From Felis catus (taxonomy: Eukaryota), in contig NC_058368.1 of NCBI RefSeq assembly GCF_018350175.1, positions 61,134,001 to 61,198,000 on the forward strand: a stretch of 64,000 bases of DNA. The letters are read 5' to 3'. Under the pieces are notes generated by a model that saw only the letters and a program-made list of their open reading frames with translations, was not told where the DNA came from and did not search any database. Below are positions 12,479 through 23,924 of this stretch, in pieces; position 1 is the first letter of the stretch; every line of letters begins with the position of its first letter. A program made the position numbers and the translations under genes.

Positions 12479-12925
12479 ACACTAAGAAGATAGAACAATT
12501 GGAAATATTCATGCACCAAACATCAAAGCTCCTGAATATATAATATAAACCATGGTCGAACTGAGGGGAGTAGAAAGGCGGAAATAGTATCATTCATAGA
12601 TATAATAGATATAACAAGACAGAAGATAAGCAAGGATATAGGACTTGAACACAGTTGTAGTGAGAAGTAGCAAGTACTCTAGAATGATTGGCAAGATAGG
12701 TGTGTGTGTCAAGTGATGGAAAATAAATCTGACAAAAACTCAGGGTCCTTCTAAGTGAAATTTCCAGGGCTCCAGTGATGTGGAACATCTTGAGATACCC
12801 CTTCTGAGAAGAAGGATAAGTAGTTACCTGTGGTCCCACCTACAATCAAGAAAGAAACACAACACTTTGTGCACCTCAATGGATTTTTGAGGGAACATAT
12901 TCCTCATTCAGAGATATTACTATAG

Positions 12926-13094
12926 GGGGTACCTGAGTGTCTCAGTCGGTTATGTGTCCGACTCTTGGTTTTGGCTCAGGTCACGATCTCACTTCCTGAA
13001 TTTGAGTTCCATGTCAGGCTCTGTGCTGACAGTGCAGAGCCTGCTTGGGATTCTCTTTCTCCATTTCTCTCTCCCCCTCCCCAGCTTGCTCTCA

Positions 13095-13132
<38 letters not shown>

Positions 13133-13165
13133 AAAACTTAAATAAACTTAAAAAAAAAAAGATTA
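12926..13165 (+). mobile_element. CanSINE inserted in ERV-L pol
   Basis: Head, (CT)n tract, A tail; TSD AGAGAT(A/G)TTACTATAG (12910-12925 / 13166-13181). Confidence 0.93.
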
Positions 13166-13430
13166 AGAGATGTTACTATAGCTCATTTACTGAGTGCCTA
13201 AAAAAGCTGTTAGTTTTGAGTGGAGCCCAGAACAGAAGAAGCCTCTTCAAGGTAGTAGTTCACGCTGCTCTGCCACTTTGGGACATATGATTGAGGAGTT
13301 TTAGTGGTGAAGTGTTAGTGGCAGACAGGAATGCTATTTAGAGACTTTGGCAAACTCCTGTGTATGAATCATAGGACAGATCCTTAGGATTTGAGGGCAA
13401 AATTCTGTCATTCTCTGCATATAACTACTC

Positions 13431-14416
13431 TTTGCCTTTTTGTTAGGGGTGTAGTTGACAACATGTCTGTTTCAGGCATATAACATAATGATTCGATATT
13501 TGTATACATTCCAAAATAATCACCACAATAAGTCTAGTTAACACTCATCACCATACATAGTTATAACTTTTTTCTTATGAGGGCTTCTAAGATTTATTGT
13601 TTTAGCAACTTTTTGATATGTAATACAGTATTATTAACTATAGTCATCATGCTGTAGAATGACTTATCCTTACATTATGACTGACTGACTTTGTAACTGA
13701 AAGTTTGTACCTTTGGACCCCCTATGCCCATTTTGCACATCCACTCCCCCTCCTTCTGGCAAACACCAGTTGTTGTCTGTGTCTTGGTTTTTGTTTCTGT
13801 TTTGTTAGATTCTACATATACATGAGAACAAACAGCATTTGTCTTTCACTGTCTGACTTATTATGCTTAGCATAATGCCCTCAAGTTTCATTAATGTTGT
13901 CACAAATGGTAAGATTTCATTTTTTTAATGATTGAATAGTACTCCATTGTGTATCCACCCCATTTCTTCTTTATTCATCCATCTGTGGACACTTAGCTGG
14001 TTTCTGTATCTTGGCTATTATAAATAATGCTGTAGTAAATATGAGGGTGTATATATCTTTTTGAATTCATGTTTTCACTTTCTTCAGATAAATACCTAGA
14101 AGTAGAATCAATGGATAATATAGCAGAGCTATTTTTAATTTTTTGAGGAACTTCCCTACTGTTTTCCGTAATAACTGCACCAATTCACATTCCCACCTGC
14201 AGCGTACAAGGGTTCCCTTTTTTCCACATCCTCACTAACACTTGGTATTTTGTGATTTTTTGATAATAGGCATTCTAACAGGTGTGAGGTGATATTGTGG
14301 TTTTGATTTGCATTTCCCTGATGATTAGTTTTTTCATGTACCTGCTAGCCATCTGTATGTCTTCTTTGGAAAAATGTCTATTCAGGTCTTCTGCCCATTT
14401 TTTAAGCAGATTGTTT
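13431..14416 (-). mobile_element. 5'-truncated L1 3' end inserted in ERV-L pol
   Basis: Antisense L1 3' UTR and ORF2 end; TSD TAACTACTC (13422-13430 / 14417-14425) restores the pol NYSP motif. Confidence 0.92.
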
Positions 14417-14995
14417 TAACTACTCCCCTTGTGAGCTATAGCTTTTAACTGCCACTGGGCTTTAGTACAGACCTAATGCTTAACCATGGTCCACCAAGTT
14501 TCCACGTTATCTGAGCATCCCATCTTGTCCTGGGAGTTATCTGACCCACAAAGACATAACTTAATTATGTACAGCAGCACTCTTCATCAAATAGAAGTGT
14601 TATATATGAGATTGGGCCTGAGCAGACCCTGAAGTTGTAAGTTACATGAGGCATGAGCCCAAATGTGCATAGTTACCATTTCTGCTACATACACTGCCTT
14701 CTCTCCCCCAGCCTGCACCTGTTACCTCGTAGGGAATTTTCTGTGATCAGTTGACTGAGGAAGAGAAGCCTCAGGCCTGGTTTATAGATGATTCCACACA
14801 ATATGTAGTCATCACCAAAAAGTGTAGTCCTGTATCATGACAGCCCCTTTCTAGAAGATCCCTGAAGACAATGGTGAAGGAATATCCTCTCAGTGAGCAG
14901 AATATTGAGCAGTGAACCTTGTTGTTCATTTTACATGTAAGGAGAAATGGCAGGAATCATGATTATATACCTGTTCATGGGCTGTGGCTAATGGT

Positions 14996-15411
14996 CCATC
15001 AACAGATGAATGGATAAACAGTGATATATATGATGTGATATATGGGTGTATGTTGTATACATATCGCACAATAAAATGTTAGTCTTAAAAAAAAAAAAAA
15101 GGAAACCTTGTTACCTGTTACAACATGGATGAACCTTGAGGACTTTATGTGAAATAGGCGAGTCACAAAAGGACAAAGGCTGATTTTTCTTAGGCATCTA
15201 AAGAAATCAAAATAATAGAGGCGAAAAGTTGAAAGGTCATTACAAGGGGCTGGTAGAAGGGGAAAGGGAAGAGTCATTGTGTAATGAATTTCTATGAGAT
15301 GAAAAAGTTCTGGGATCTGTTTCACAATGAAAATGAAAAATACTAGCGAATAATACACTTAAAAGTGGTTAAGATGGTTAATTTTATAATTTGTTTTTAC
15401 TACAGTAAAAA
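14996..15411 (+). mobile_element. L1 (L1MA/L1MB-like) 3' end
   Basis: CCATCAACAGATGAATGGATAAAC, ACAACATGGATGAACCTTGAGGAC, CACTTAAAAGTGGTTAAGATGG. Confidence 0.85.
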
Positions 15412-15616
15412 TAGTAATTTTTTAACAGTTCGGCTTTAGAAGAAACCTGTGACTATAGTTCATTTCACTAGAACAAGAGAACCTTGTGGCAGGTGGGGAG
15501 CAGGGCCTGGGGATTACAGTGGAAGTGAGGAGTCAGGGTGAGGAAGGTCACACTGAGGACTAGGCCATTCCTCTTTCAGCACTGGGAAGTCACCGGAAAA
15601 CCAAAGGTCCTAAGGT

Positions 15617-15619
<3 letters not shown>

Positions 15620-15673
<54 letters not shown>
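15620..15673. repeat. (TG)n microsatellite
   Basis: Pure dinucleotide run. Confidence 0.98.
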
Positions 15674-15677
<4 letters not shown>

Positions 15678-15721
15678 TATTTATGTATATGACCTCTGAA
15701 TCTCCTTGTTAAAAAAAATGA

Positions 15722-15941
15722 GGGGCGCCTGGGTGGCGCAGTCGGTTAAGCGTCCAACTTCAGCCAGGTCACGATCTCGTGGTCCGTGAGTTCGAGCCCA
15801 CGTCAGGCTCTGGGCTGATGGCTCAGAGCCTGGAGCCTGTTTCCGATTCTGTGTCTTCTTCTCTCTCTGCCCCTCCCCCGTTCATGCTCTGTCTCTCTCT
15901 GTCCCAAAAATAAATAAAAAAAAACGTTGAAAAAAAAATTA
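15722..15941 (+). mobile_element. Young felid SINEC_Fc-like CanSINE
   Basis: GGTGGCGCAG, CTTCAGCCAGGTC, CTGGGCTGATGG, GTTTCCGAT diagnostics; TSD AAAAAAAATGA. Confidence 0.96.
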
Positions 15942-17764
15942 AAAAAAAATGATTTCTGTAATTCCTATAAAGTCATTGAGGTCAAAAGTGTTTACAAGTT
16001 AGACAGGGATAGCAGCTCAAGGTGAGATTTTATGTGCATAAAGTGAAGTAGTCATTTCTACTCCAATAAGCCAAGCACTTCTATAAAAACAGCTCCAGGA
16101 TTATATTAAGCTAGATACTGAAGAACCAGCATGAATTGATACTGTACTGCTCTGGAACTTTAAAAGATAACCTCTATTTGTGAGCACAGCCAGAACAGTT
16201 CTTAAGCATACTCTAGTGGCTTAATTCTGCCTGTAAAAATTAAGATGGCTAGAAATCTAGAGAAGTTAGTTGAAATTTATTTGTCTAAATTACTGGAAGA
16301 TTGGAGGAGATTGGTTAAAGTACCAACACTAGTTGGTCTTCATGGTGAAATGTGGTGTCTGCCAGGAAGATGGAGGACTCTTCAGGAGCTGTGGGTTCCA
16401 GGATTTCAGTAAAGGGTTTTGACCCAAGATTAGGGCTGAGTTGTAATAACAAAGGAGGATCTGTAGTAGAGAATGCAGAATCCATTACATGCACATTTAA
16501 GTAAAATTGAAATGTGAGAGTGCTGGGAGCCAGGGAGGGCAGTGTAAGGTCAAAATGTGCACACTGAACAAGAATTAAGGAAAATGAAGCCAGGCTCTGA
16601 AATCAGATTAGTCATAAAAGAAGATGTAAATCTTATATTGTAAGAAAGGGATCTATAAGAGTGTATGGATTCAATAGCCAAGATTAGTCTGCCCGGTCTA
16701 ATAATATCTTATTTCTTGCACCAGAAGGGCAAGGAAAATAAAATGGATCCTGACACTCTTTTTCTAGAAGACAGACCTGTTTTGGAAGCCAGAATTTATT
16801 TACAAGAGGATTAATAACTCTTAAGTTATTAATAGTCATATGTCCAGCAAGTTTCTTATGAATCCTGGTTCACATAGAATTTTCTTTATTGTCTTTTTAA
16901 CTTAGATGATCTGAATTAAATTAATATCCATAGTCAGTTATTCAGAAGAGCCTGGTGTTTGGTTACCTCTGGAATACCAAAGAAGTACTACTTTCATTTG
17001 ATCCCACTTGATATTGACTAGTTAATTATAAGTATATTTTAATGATCTAGTAATACAAGATGGCATTAACTGCAAGGCACTCCATTATTGTATGTGACAC
17101 TAATAAAAAAAGAAAAGGCACTACAGATATAGTTATGGAAAAAGTTCTGACCACATTGCACTTAGTTTTATACATGTAAAACTAATTTAAGTTTATTTAG
17201 ATCTAGATATTTATAATGTAAAATCTTGTGTATACATAAATAAATAAAATATAAGTGAATGAAGGTATGTCCAAAATGTATATTCACACTCAGAGTTATT
17301 AATGTTTTTATTTCTCCCTAAAATATCATCTGGGACAGCAAGAGAGTTGGTTTTAGACATTTCTCTCTTTTTTCCCCCCCATTTATTTATTTTTTGACAC
17401 ATTTCTTAAGAAAGCACTTTACTGTTGTCTGAAGGATTTTCTTTGCAGCTGCTAACATGTATCTTAAAAGTTTCTTTCTTACGCACACACAATGATGACA
17501 AATTCCACTTGCTGCCTGGCCTTCAGTGACTGTAAGATAAGCCTGGGTTTCCATATATTTGACTGAAAATTAGGGAAGAATGAACTAGAAATTTTTGGCT
17601 CAATAACTTTCTCTTTTTCTTAGCTACCAGCTTGCAGGTAACAAGCTACCTCTTTATTACCCTTTTGAAAACTTTATAGGAGAGGGGAACCCAAAGAGGG
17701 AGTCTGCAATGGAATTAATGTTTTATGAAGCCCACTTGCTGATAGACATATGCCATATTCTTAA

Positions 17765-17978
17765 TTTCTTTTTAATGCTTGTTTATTTTTGAGAGAGAGA
17801 GCGAGACAGAGTGTGATTGGGGGAGGGACAGAGAGAGAGACGGAGACACAGAATCCTAAGCAGACTCCAGGCTCTAGCTGTCAGCACAGAGCCCGATGCG
17901 GGGCTTGAACTCATGAACTGCAAGATCATGACCTGAGCTGAAATTGGACGCTTACCAACTGAGCCACCCAGGCTCCCC
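17765..17978 (-). mobile_element. CanSINE (feliform type)
   Basis: Reverse-complement element; TSD ATATGCCAT(A/C)TTCTTAA. Confidence 0.95.
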
Positions 17979-19179
17979 TATATGCCATCTTCTTAACTAG
18001 ATCTCCATATTCATTTTTGCTTCCTAAATAAGTTTAAAATCTGATGAAAGAGAATATTCTCTTTCAACGTGGATGAGAATAAATAATACGTACACACTGC
18101 CTTAGTGTTTTACAAGGCTGTTGCCGTCAGGGCATGTGGGTGCAGTTTTAGAAAGGGGGATGGGCTACAGAGTGAAGAGATTATATGATATGGCTCACAT
18201 AAAACTCTGAATTAGATGTTTTTTGAAATTTTTTGTAACAATATAATTTGAATAGAAATCATTACAGTGGTCAAACTTAATTTGTAGTCTCTTCTCCAAT
18301 TCTTTAAACATAAGATCTTTCATTGCCATTTAATGTTAGACATTTTGGAATAAAATCCAAACCAGCATAGCTTTGGGGACAGTATTCCCCTTTTCTAGGG
18401 GAAAATACAGGATTAAGCAATAGACATAAAATGCAATAGATTCTATTACAATAATGATAGATTGCTAGGGGACAATATGCTACTGTAGCAATACTGCTTG
18501 GTCTCCAAATGCACATGTATAAGACATGTCACTTTATTTTCTATAGTTAATTTAAGTTTTCCTACAAGCCTTCAATGCCTCCAGGACCTTAATAAATGCG
18601 GTTTCATTAATTCTAGTGGTATCGTGCTTTGGGTTTATACTCTGGTACAGTCATTCAGTCAAAGAATATGGCTTGAGTATCTATAATGAGCACTATTACG
18701 GTTCTTGCACCTTCTATACCCCAGGGATATTGCAGGGCATGAGCTGTCTTGAGGATTGGTCTTCTTGTCAATGAGAGAACAAAGTCTAGGTATCGAGAGC
18801 TAGGGATCCAGGACTCATCCAGTGCTTCTCCCTTCCTGGTGTCATTTTTCATATAATTGCTGGAAGGGCCCACTCTCTTCCTTCTATTCTTTCTAATATA
18901 CTCTTTTTTACTGAAATCCCATCCATCCTCAATGATTTTAAGATTTTGAAGACAAAAGCCCAGAAGTCCTGCCAACTTGTTCTACTTATATTTTCCCCTG
19001 GCAGACAACTCCCCTGAGGCAGAAAGGCATGAGAACTGCTATTCCAAGAATTTTGGAGATAGACAAAGAAGAAAATGTGTTTAGGCAGGGAGAAAAAAAG
19101 CTCCCCGAATTATACGTAAAAATATTACCTAGCCACACCAGTCAAGTGATGGTCAGGAAAGAGTATATTTAATCTGATA

Positions 19180-19480
19180 ACTGAAGTAGAAAGGCCAAAA
19201 TTGGTTGAGGCAGAGTAAAAAAATGCTTATTTTGAGAATCCATGAGCTAGAGAAGACATTTCATACTTAGAGAGGTTTTCAATATAACTATAGCTTAAAA
19301 TAGGGGAGGTAAAGGTGAAGGTTGGAGAAAAAAAAAGACAGGCAAGGTAAACAGGCTAGACTTCTATATAACCATACAAAGTAATTTTAATTTTATTTTA
19401 AAGGCAATAGGAAGTTTTGGAAATGTTTAAAGCAAGGAAAAGACACGGTTGATTTGCATTTTAGAAGTCTTACTCTGGTT
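19180..19480 (-). mobile_element. L2 fragment (decayed)
   Basis: TTTTATTTTAAAGGCAATAGGAAG...TTTAAAGCAAGG...GATTTGCATTTTAGAAG...ACTCTGG resembles antisense L2. Confidence 0.55.
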
Positions 19481-19599
19481 TCAAGCCAGAGGGAAAATCC
19501 TCACACCTCTCACTTCTAAATGCTTCTTTTTTCCCACAGCTTTTATTGGACTAGCCATCCTTCCACCTGCTATTTATTTTATAATGTATGTTGCAATTC

Positions 19600-20787
19600 A
19601 ACCATAAAAATTAAATATCTTAGCACAATATTTTGGAGATATCAAATCATTTTTTCTAACCTCATTAATTTCTAGTTTCTACTTGTTCTAGAATTTTCAT
19701 ATCAAAGTATATGCCTGATCAAATGTGAGCACAGTTTATTCCATACAGGAGAAAAGATATTCTATTCACTATGATTTCCTCATGATCATTTCAAGCATGA
19801 AAACAACCATTCTCAATAAAATTAATTATAGAATCTTTGAGTTTAATAAAAAAAAAAACTTTTAGGGGGCGCCTAGGTGGCTCAGTTGGTTAAGCGTCCG
19901 ACTTCGGTTCATGTCATGATCTCACGGTTCGTGGGTTCAAGCCCCACATCCGGCTCTGTACAGACACACTCGGTGTCTGGAACCTGCTTCTGATTCTGTG
20001 TCTTTCTCTATCTCTGCCCTCCCCTGCTTACGCTCTCTCTCGAAAATAAAATAAAATAAAACATTAAAAAAAATGTTAAAAAAAAAACTTTTAGAATGTA
20101 TTCTTTTGTTTTAAGGATTACTCCATTCTAAAGAGGAACATTTAACTTTTGTTTTCATTTTAATGATAATGGGCCTCACTGTCAGGAAATATAATTTGTG
20201 TAAAATTTTGTGTTGTATACATATTTAATAGTTAAAGAGTAAGAAATATATGGTTAAAAGAAGTGCTGAATGCATATCAAGGTTTTAATGTAATAAATGC
20301 ACAGGAAAAAACTGAAAGCCCTTTAGTAATCATAATTTAGTTTGGTCAGTGCGAACACACACAATACACATGTGCAAGTGTGCATTTTATCTGGAATATC
20401 AACCATTCATTAATGTTATGACATTAAAATAAAAGACAAATAATACCTAAAGTAATGAAGGGTAAAACAAATGTTTTTAATTTTAGTTGTGTATTAGTAT
20501 TATACCTCACAAACATACATAAACATGCACATTTATCTGCACACAACAAGGATTTAGCTGCAAAGTTTTATACATTGCATTTTCATTTTTGTTCAGATTA
20601 AATATGTTTTAAAATGTCCTTTGAGAATCCCTCTTTGATCTAATGGTTGTTTAGATGTATGTTCATAGCTTTTGGATATTTAGATACATTTCCAGATACA
20701 TTTCTAGAAACTAGAAATTAATGAGGTTAGAAAAAAATGATTTGATATCTCCAAAATATTATGCTAAGATATTTAATTTTTATGGTT
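19600..20787. repeat. Inverted repeat pair, arms 19600-19681 and 20705-20787
   Basis: The arms are reverse complements apart from one substitution and one extra base in a homopolymer. Confidence 0.97.
19866..20081 (+). mobile_element. CanSINE (feliform type)
   Basis: GGGGCGCCTAGGTGGCTCAG head; TSD AAAAAAACTTTTAG. Confidence 0.95.
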
Positions 20788-21189
20788 TATGGATATGTGT
20801 TTGCTATTTATTTCTAGCTTGGTTCTGTTATATGTCAAAGAACATATTTGCTTGATTTGTTTTATTTTAAATTTGTTTAGTATTCGTGTATTTGTCTTAC
20901 AATATGAACTTTCTTTAGAAAATGTTCTTTGTTTTATGTTCACTTTAAAAGAAGTTATGCTGTTTGAGAAAGAAGCATTTTGTAACAGGTCTAGTTGATG
21001 GTCTGGTTTAGTTTTTGTTTTTGTTTTTTTTTTCTTTGTTTTGTTTTCCAATCATCTGCCTATTCTGTTGATGACTGAAAAGGATAATGCTGAAGTCTCT
21101 GCATGTAATTGTGGATTTATCTGTTTTTCCTTTAATTTCTAAGAGCTTTGTGCTTCACAAATTTTGATACTCTTTTATATGTATTTTTT

Positions 21190-21398
21190 TAAAAAAAATA
21201 TTGTTTATTTTTGAGAGAGAGACAGAGCACAAGTGGCGGGGGAAGGTCAGAGAGAGAGGGAGACACAGAATCTGAAGCAAGCTACAGGCTCTGAGCTGTC
21301 AGCACAGAGCCTGATGCGGGGCTTGAACTCTGGTAAGGCGAGATCATGACCTGAGCTGAAGTCGATTGCCTAACCGACTGAGCCACCCAGGTGCCCCC
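21190..21398 (-). mobile_element. CanSINE (feliform type)
   Basis: Reverse-complement element; TSD ATATGTATTTTTT. Confidence 0.94.
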
Positions 21399-21696
21399 AT
21401 ATGTATTTTTTAAATGCATACACATTTAGGATTTATAGGTCTTTGTAGAGATGTAGTCTCCTTTATCCTTATTTAATCTTTATCCTTATCCCTGGTAGTG
21501 TTCCTTGTTATGAATTCCAACTCTTTGGATGTCAGTATTGCTATTAGTTTTGTGTGTGTGTTTGCATGATGTATCTTTTCCCATCTTTAAAATTTTACAT
21601 TTCAAGTGAGTTTCTCTTAGATAGCATACAGTTGGCTCTTTTTTGTTAATCAAATCTGATAATCTTTTACATGAACTATTAGACTCATTTACTTTT

Positions 21697-22165
21697 TTAC
21701 ATTTAATTTTGTGGTAAGAATATTTAACATGAGATCTATTTCCTTAACAAAATATTGAGTGTACCTTATTATTGACTATAGATGCAATGTTGTAAATCTC
21801 TAGAGCTTACTGGTCTTGTTTAACTGAAACTTTGTGTCTGATGACTATTTCCTCCTACTCCTAGGCCCTGGCAACCACCATTTCACTATTTGATTCTATG
21901 AATTTGACTATTTTAGATACCTCATATGATTGGAATCAGGATGTCAAAGAGACACCTGCACTCCCATATTCATTGCAGCGTTACTCACAATAGCTAAGAA
22001 ATGCAAACAACCTAAATGTTCATCAACCCATGAATGGATAAGGCAAGTGCAATGTATATACATAATGGAATACCATCCAGCCTTAATGAAGGCAATTCTG
22101 CCATATGCAGCAACATGGATGGACCTTAAGAACATAAGCTAAGTGAAGTAAGTCATTCACAAACA
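21697..22165 (-). mobile_element. 5'-inverted (twin-primed) L1MA-like insertion
   Basis: 21697-~21938 is the antisense L1 3' end; ~21930-22165 is the immediately upstream L1 segment in sense orientation; degenerate 16-bp TSD (13/16 match). Confidence 0.85.
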
Positions 22166-22528
22166 AGAATCACTTATTTTTATTGTTATTTGTAATATGG
22201 TTATATTAAATCGACCGTTGTGTTGGCTTTTTTATACATGTTGTATCAATTCTTGTTTTTTTTTCTTTTTATGCATTTTCCAGTGCTATTGGGCATTATC
22301 TCACTTAATGACCTCTACTGACTTAAAGTTTGGTGGTTGAGCATTTACAGTGTACATGTTAGTATAATCAGAGTCTACCCTCAATATTCTACTGCTTTAT
22401 ATTTAGTGAAAGAACCTACCATAGTATATTATCAGTCCTCTTTCCCATCTCTTTGATGTTTTTGTCATGGCCTGTACTTACTTACCTTGTGAACATGCAA
22501 ACAGTTATATTTAATAGTTTAAAAGACA

Positions 22529-22746
22529 GGGGCGCCTGGGTGGCTCAGTTGGTTAAGCGTCCGACTTCAGCTCAGGTCACGATCTCACAGTCCATGAGTT
22601 CGAGCCCCTCATCAGGCTCTGGGCTGATGGCTCAGAGCCTGGAGCCTGCTTCCGATTCTGTGTCTCCCTCTCTCTCTGCCCCTCCCCAGTTCATGCTCTG
22701 TCTCTCTCTGTCCCAAAAATAAATAAACGTTAAAAAAAATAAAAAA
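22529..22746 (+). mobile_element. CanSINE (fairly young felid type)
   Basis: Intact head; perfect TSD AATAGTTTAAAAGACA (22513-22528 / 22747-22762). Confidence 0.96.
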
Positions 22747-23456
22747 AATAGTTTAAAAGACAAATGATTCTTTAGCCTTCATTTATTTCATTCCAGAGCT
22801 CTTCATTTCTTTGTAGATCCACATCTTAATCGGACATCATATTGTTTTTGCTTAAAGAACCTTTTTTAACATTTTTGTAGAGAAAGTCAGCTGGTAGTCT
22901 ATTCTGTGAGTTTTTGTTTCTCTGAAGAAGACTTTATTGCCCTTTAATCTTTAAAGATCTTTTCTCTGGATATAGGTTTCATGGTTGAAATTATAGATTT
23001 GGGGATTGGAAAATTGAGTTGCTTTTTATCAGCATTTTAAAATATTTCTCTATTATCTTTGGATTGCATAATTTCTGACATTTTTATCTTTGATCCTCTC
23101 TTTATGTTTCTTTTTCTCTGGTTACCTTAAGATTTTCTGTCTTTGGTCCTTACCATTTAAATATGATACACTTAAGATATTTGTCCCTGCTTAATGTTCT
23201 GTAAGCTTTTTGGATATGTGCTATGTCGTCTCATTAATTCTGGAAAGTTCTGTGTGTTTTTTTTTTTTTTTTAATATTCTTTCTCTAGTCTCTTTTCTTC
23301 TTTTGGGATATCAGTTGCACTTAAGTTAGAACACATAATTTCCACAGCTCTTGAACTTTGTTTTTTATTTTTCTCTTTGTGTTTCAATTTACATAGTTTC
23401 TATTGACCTCTCTTTAAATTCAGTCTTTCTTCTGGTGCATCAAGTTTTTGATGAGC

Positions 23457-23603
23457 GGGAGGTGCCTCGTTGGCTCAGTCTTTGAAGGGCCCAGCTTTTG
23501 ATTTCATCTTAGGCCATGATCTCAGGGTTCATGGATGGGGGCCCTTGTCAGTCGTGCACACACATGTGCTTGCTCCCTCTCTTAAAATAAATTAAAAAAA
23601 AAT
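23457..23603 (+). mobile_element. Decayed older CanSINE
   Basis: Decayed head GGGAGGTGCCTCGTTGGCTCAG, A tail; TSD TTTTTGATGA. Confidence 0.8.
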
Positions 23604-23651
23604 TTTTTTTGATGAACCTATCAGAGTCATTCCTCGTTTCAATTGCTGTTT

Positions 23652-23817
23652 TCTTTTTTGTTTGTTTGTTTATCTTGAGAGAGGGTGAGAGAGAATCCCA
23701 ATCAGGCTCCACACTCAGAGCACATCTGGTCATGCAGCTTGATCTCATCTGAGAGATCACTATCTGAGACGAAATCAAGAGTCAGATGCTTAACCAATGG
23801 AGCCATCCAGGCACTCC
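23652..23817 (-). mobile_element. Decayed CanSINE
   Basis: Reverse-complement element; TSD TCAATTGCTGTTT. Confidence 0.85.
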
Positions 23818-23924
23818 TCAATTGCTGTTTACTACCATTTCTGTTTGATCTTTCATATAGTTGTTATCCCTCTGCTGAAACTGTGTTTTTGATCTTACAT
23901 GTTGCTCAGCTTTTTAATTAGAAC

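Larger units (their letters stand above)
9381..12656 (+). mobile_element. Old L1M: decayed ORF1, inter-ORF region and ORF2 endonuclease start, with nested younger elements
   Basis: ORF1 motifs (AAATTCAAGAAGCTCA, CCTGTCAACCAAGAATATT); ~12010-12180 resembles the EN N-terminus (LAEWIK, ICHLQETHF, THRLK); many stops and frameshifts. Confidence 0.85.
12657..14995 (+). mobile_element. pol: ERV-L (class III endogenous retrovirus) internal pol fragment: RT C-terminus, tether, RNase H; decayed, no LTRs, interrupted by a SINE and an L1
   Basis: Manual translation across stops and frameshifts gives EVASTLE, WKINLTKTQGPS, VKFPGLQ, GFLREHIPH, KAVSFEWSPEQ, EVLVADR, LTEEEKPQAWFIDDS, GEGISSQ*AE, VVHFTCKEKW, LYTCSWAVANG, colinear with HERV-L/MuERV-L pol as I recall it. 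Confidence 0.9.

Noticed and set aside
17624..17637. Plus-strand 14-nt micro-exon-like pattern (CTCTTTTTCTTAG|CTACCAGCTTGCAG|GTAACA)
   Set aside because: Not frame-preserving and has no supporting neighbouring exons
18655..18975. 106-aa minus-strand ORF in unique sequence, considered as an exon or endogenous viral element
   Set aside because: Non-ATG start, no recognisable domain or viral motif, no convincing splice sites; BLASTX would be needed to exclude it fully
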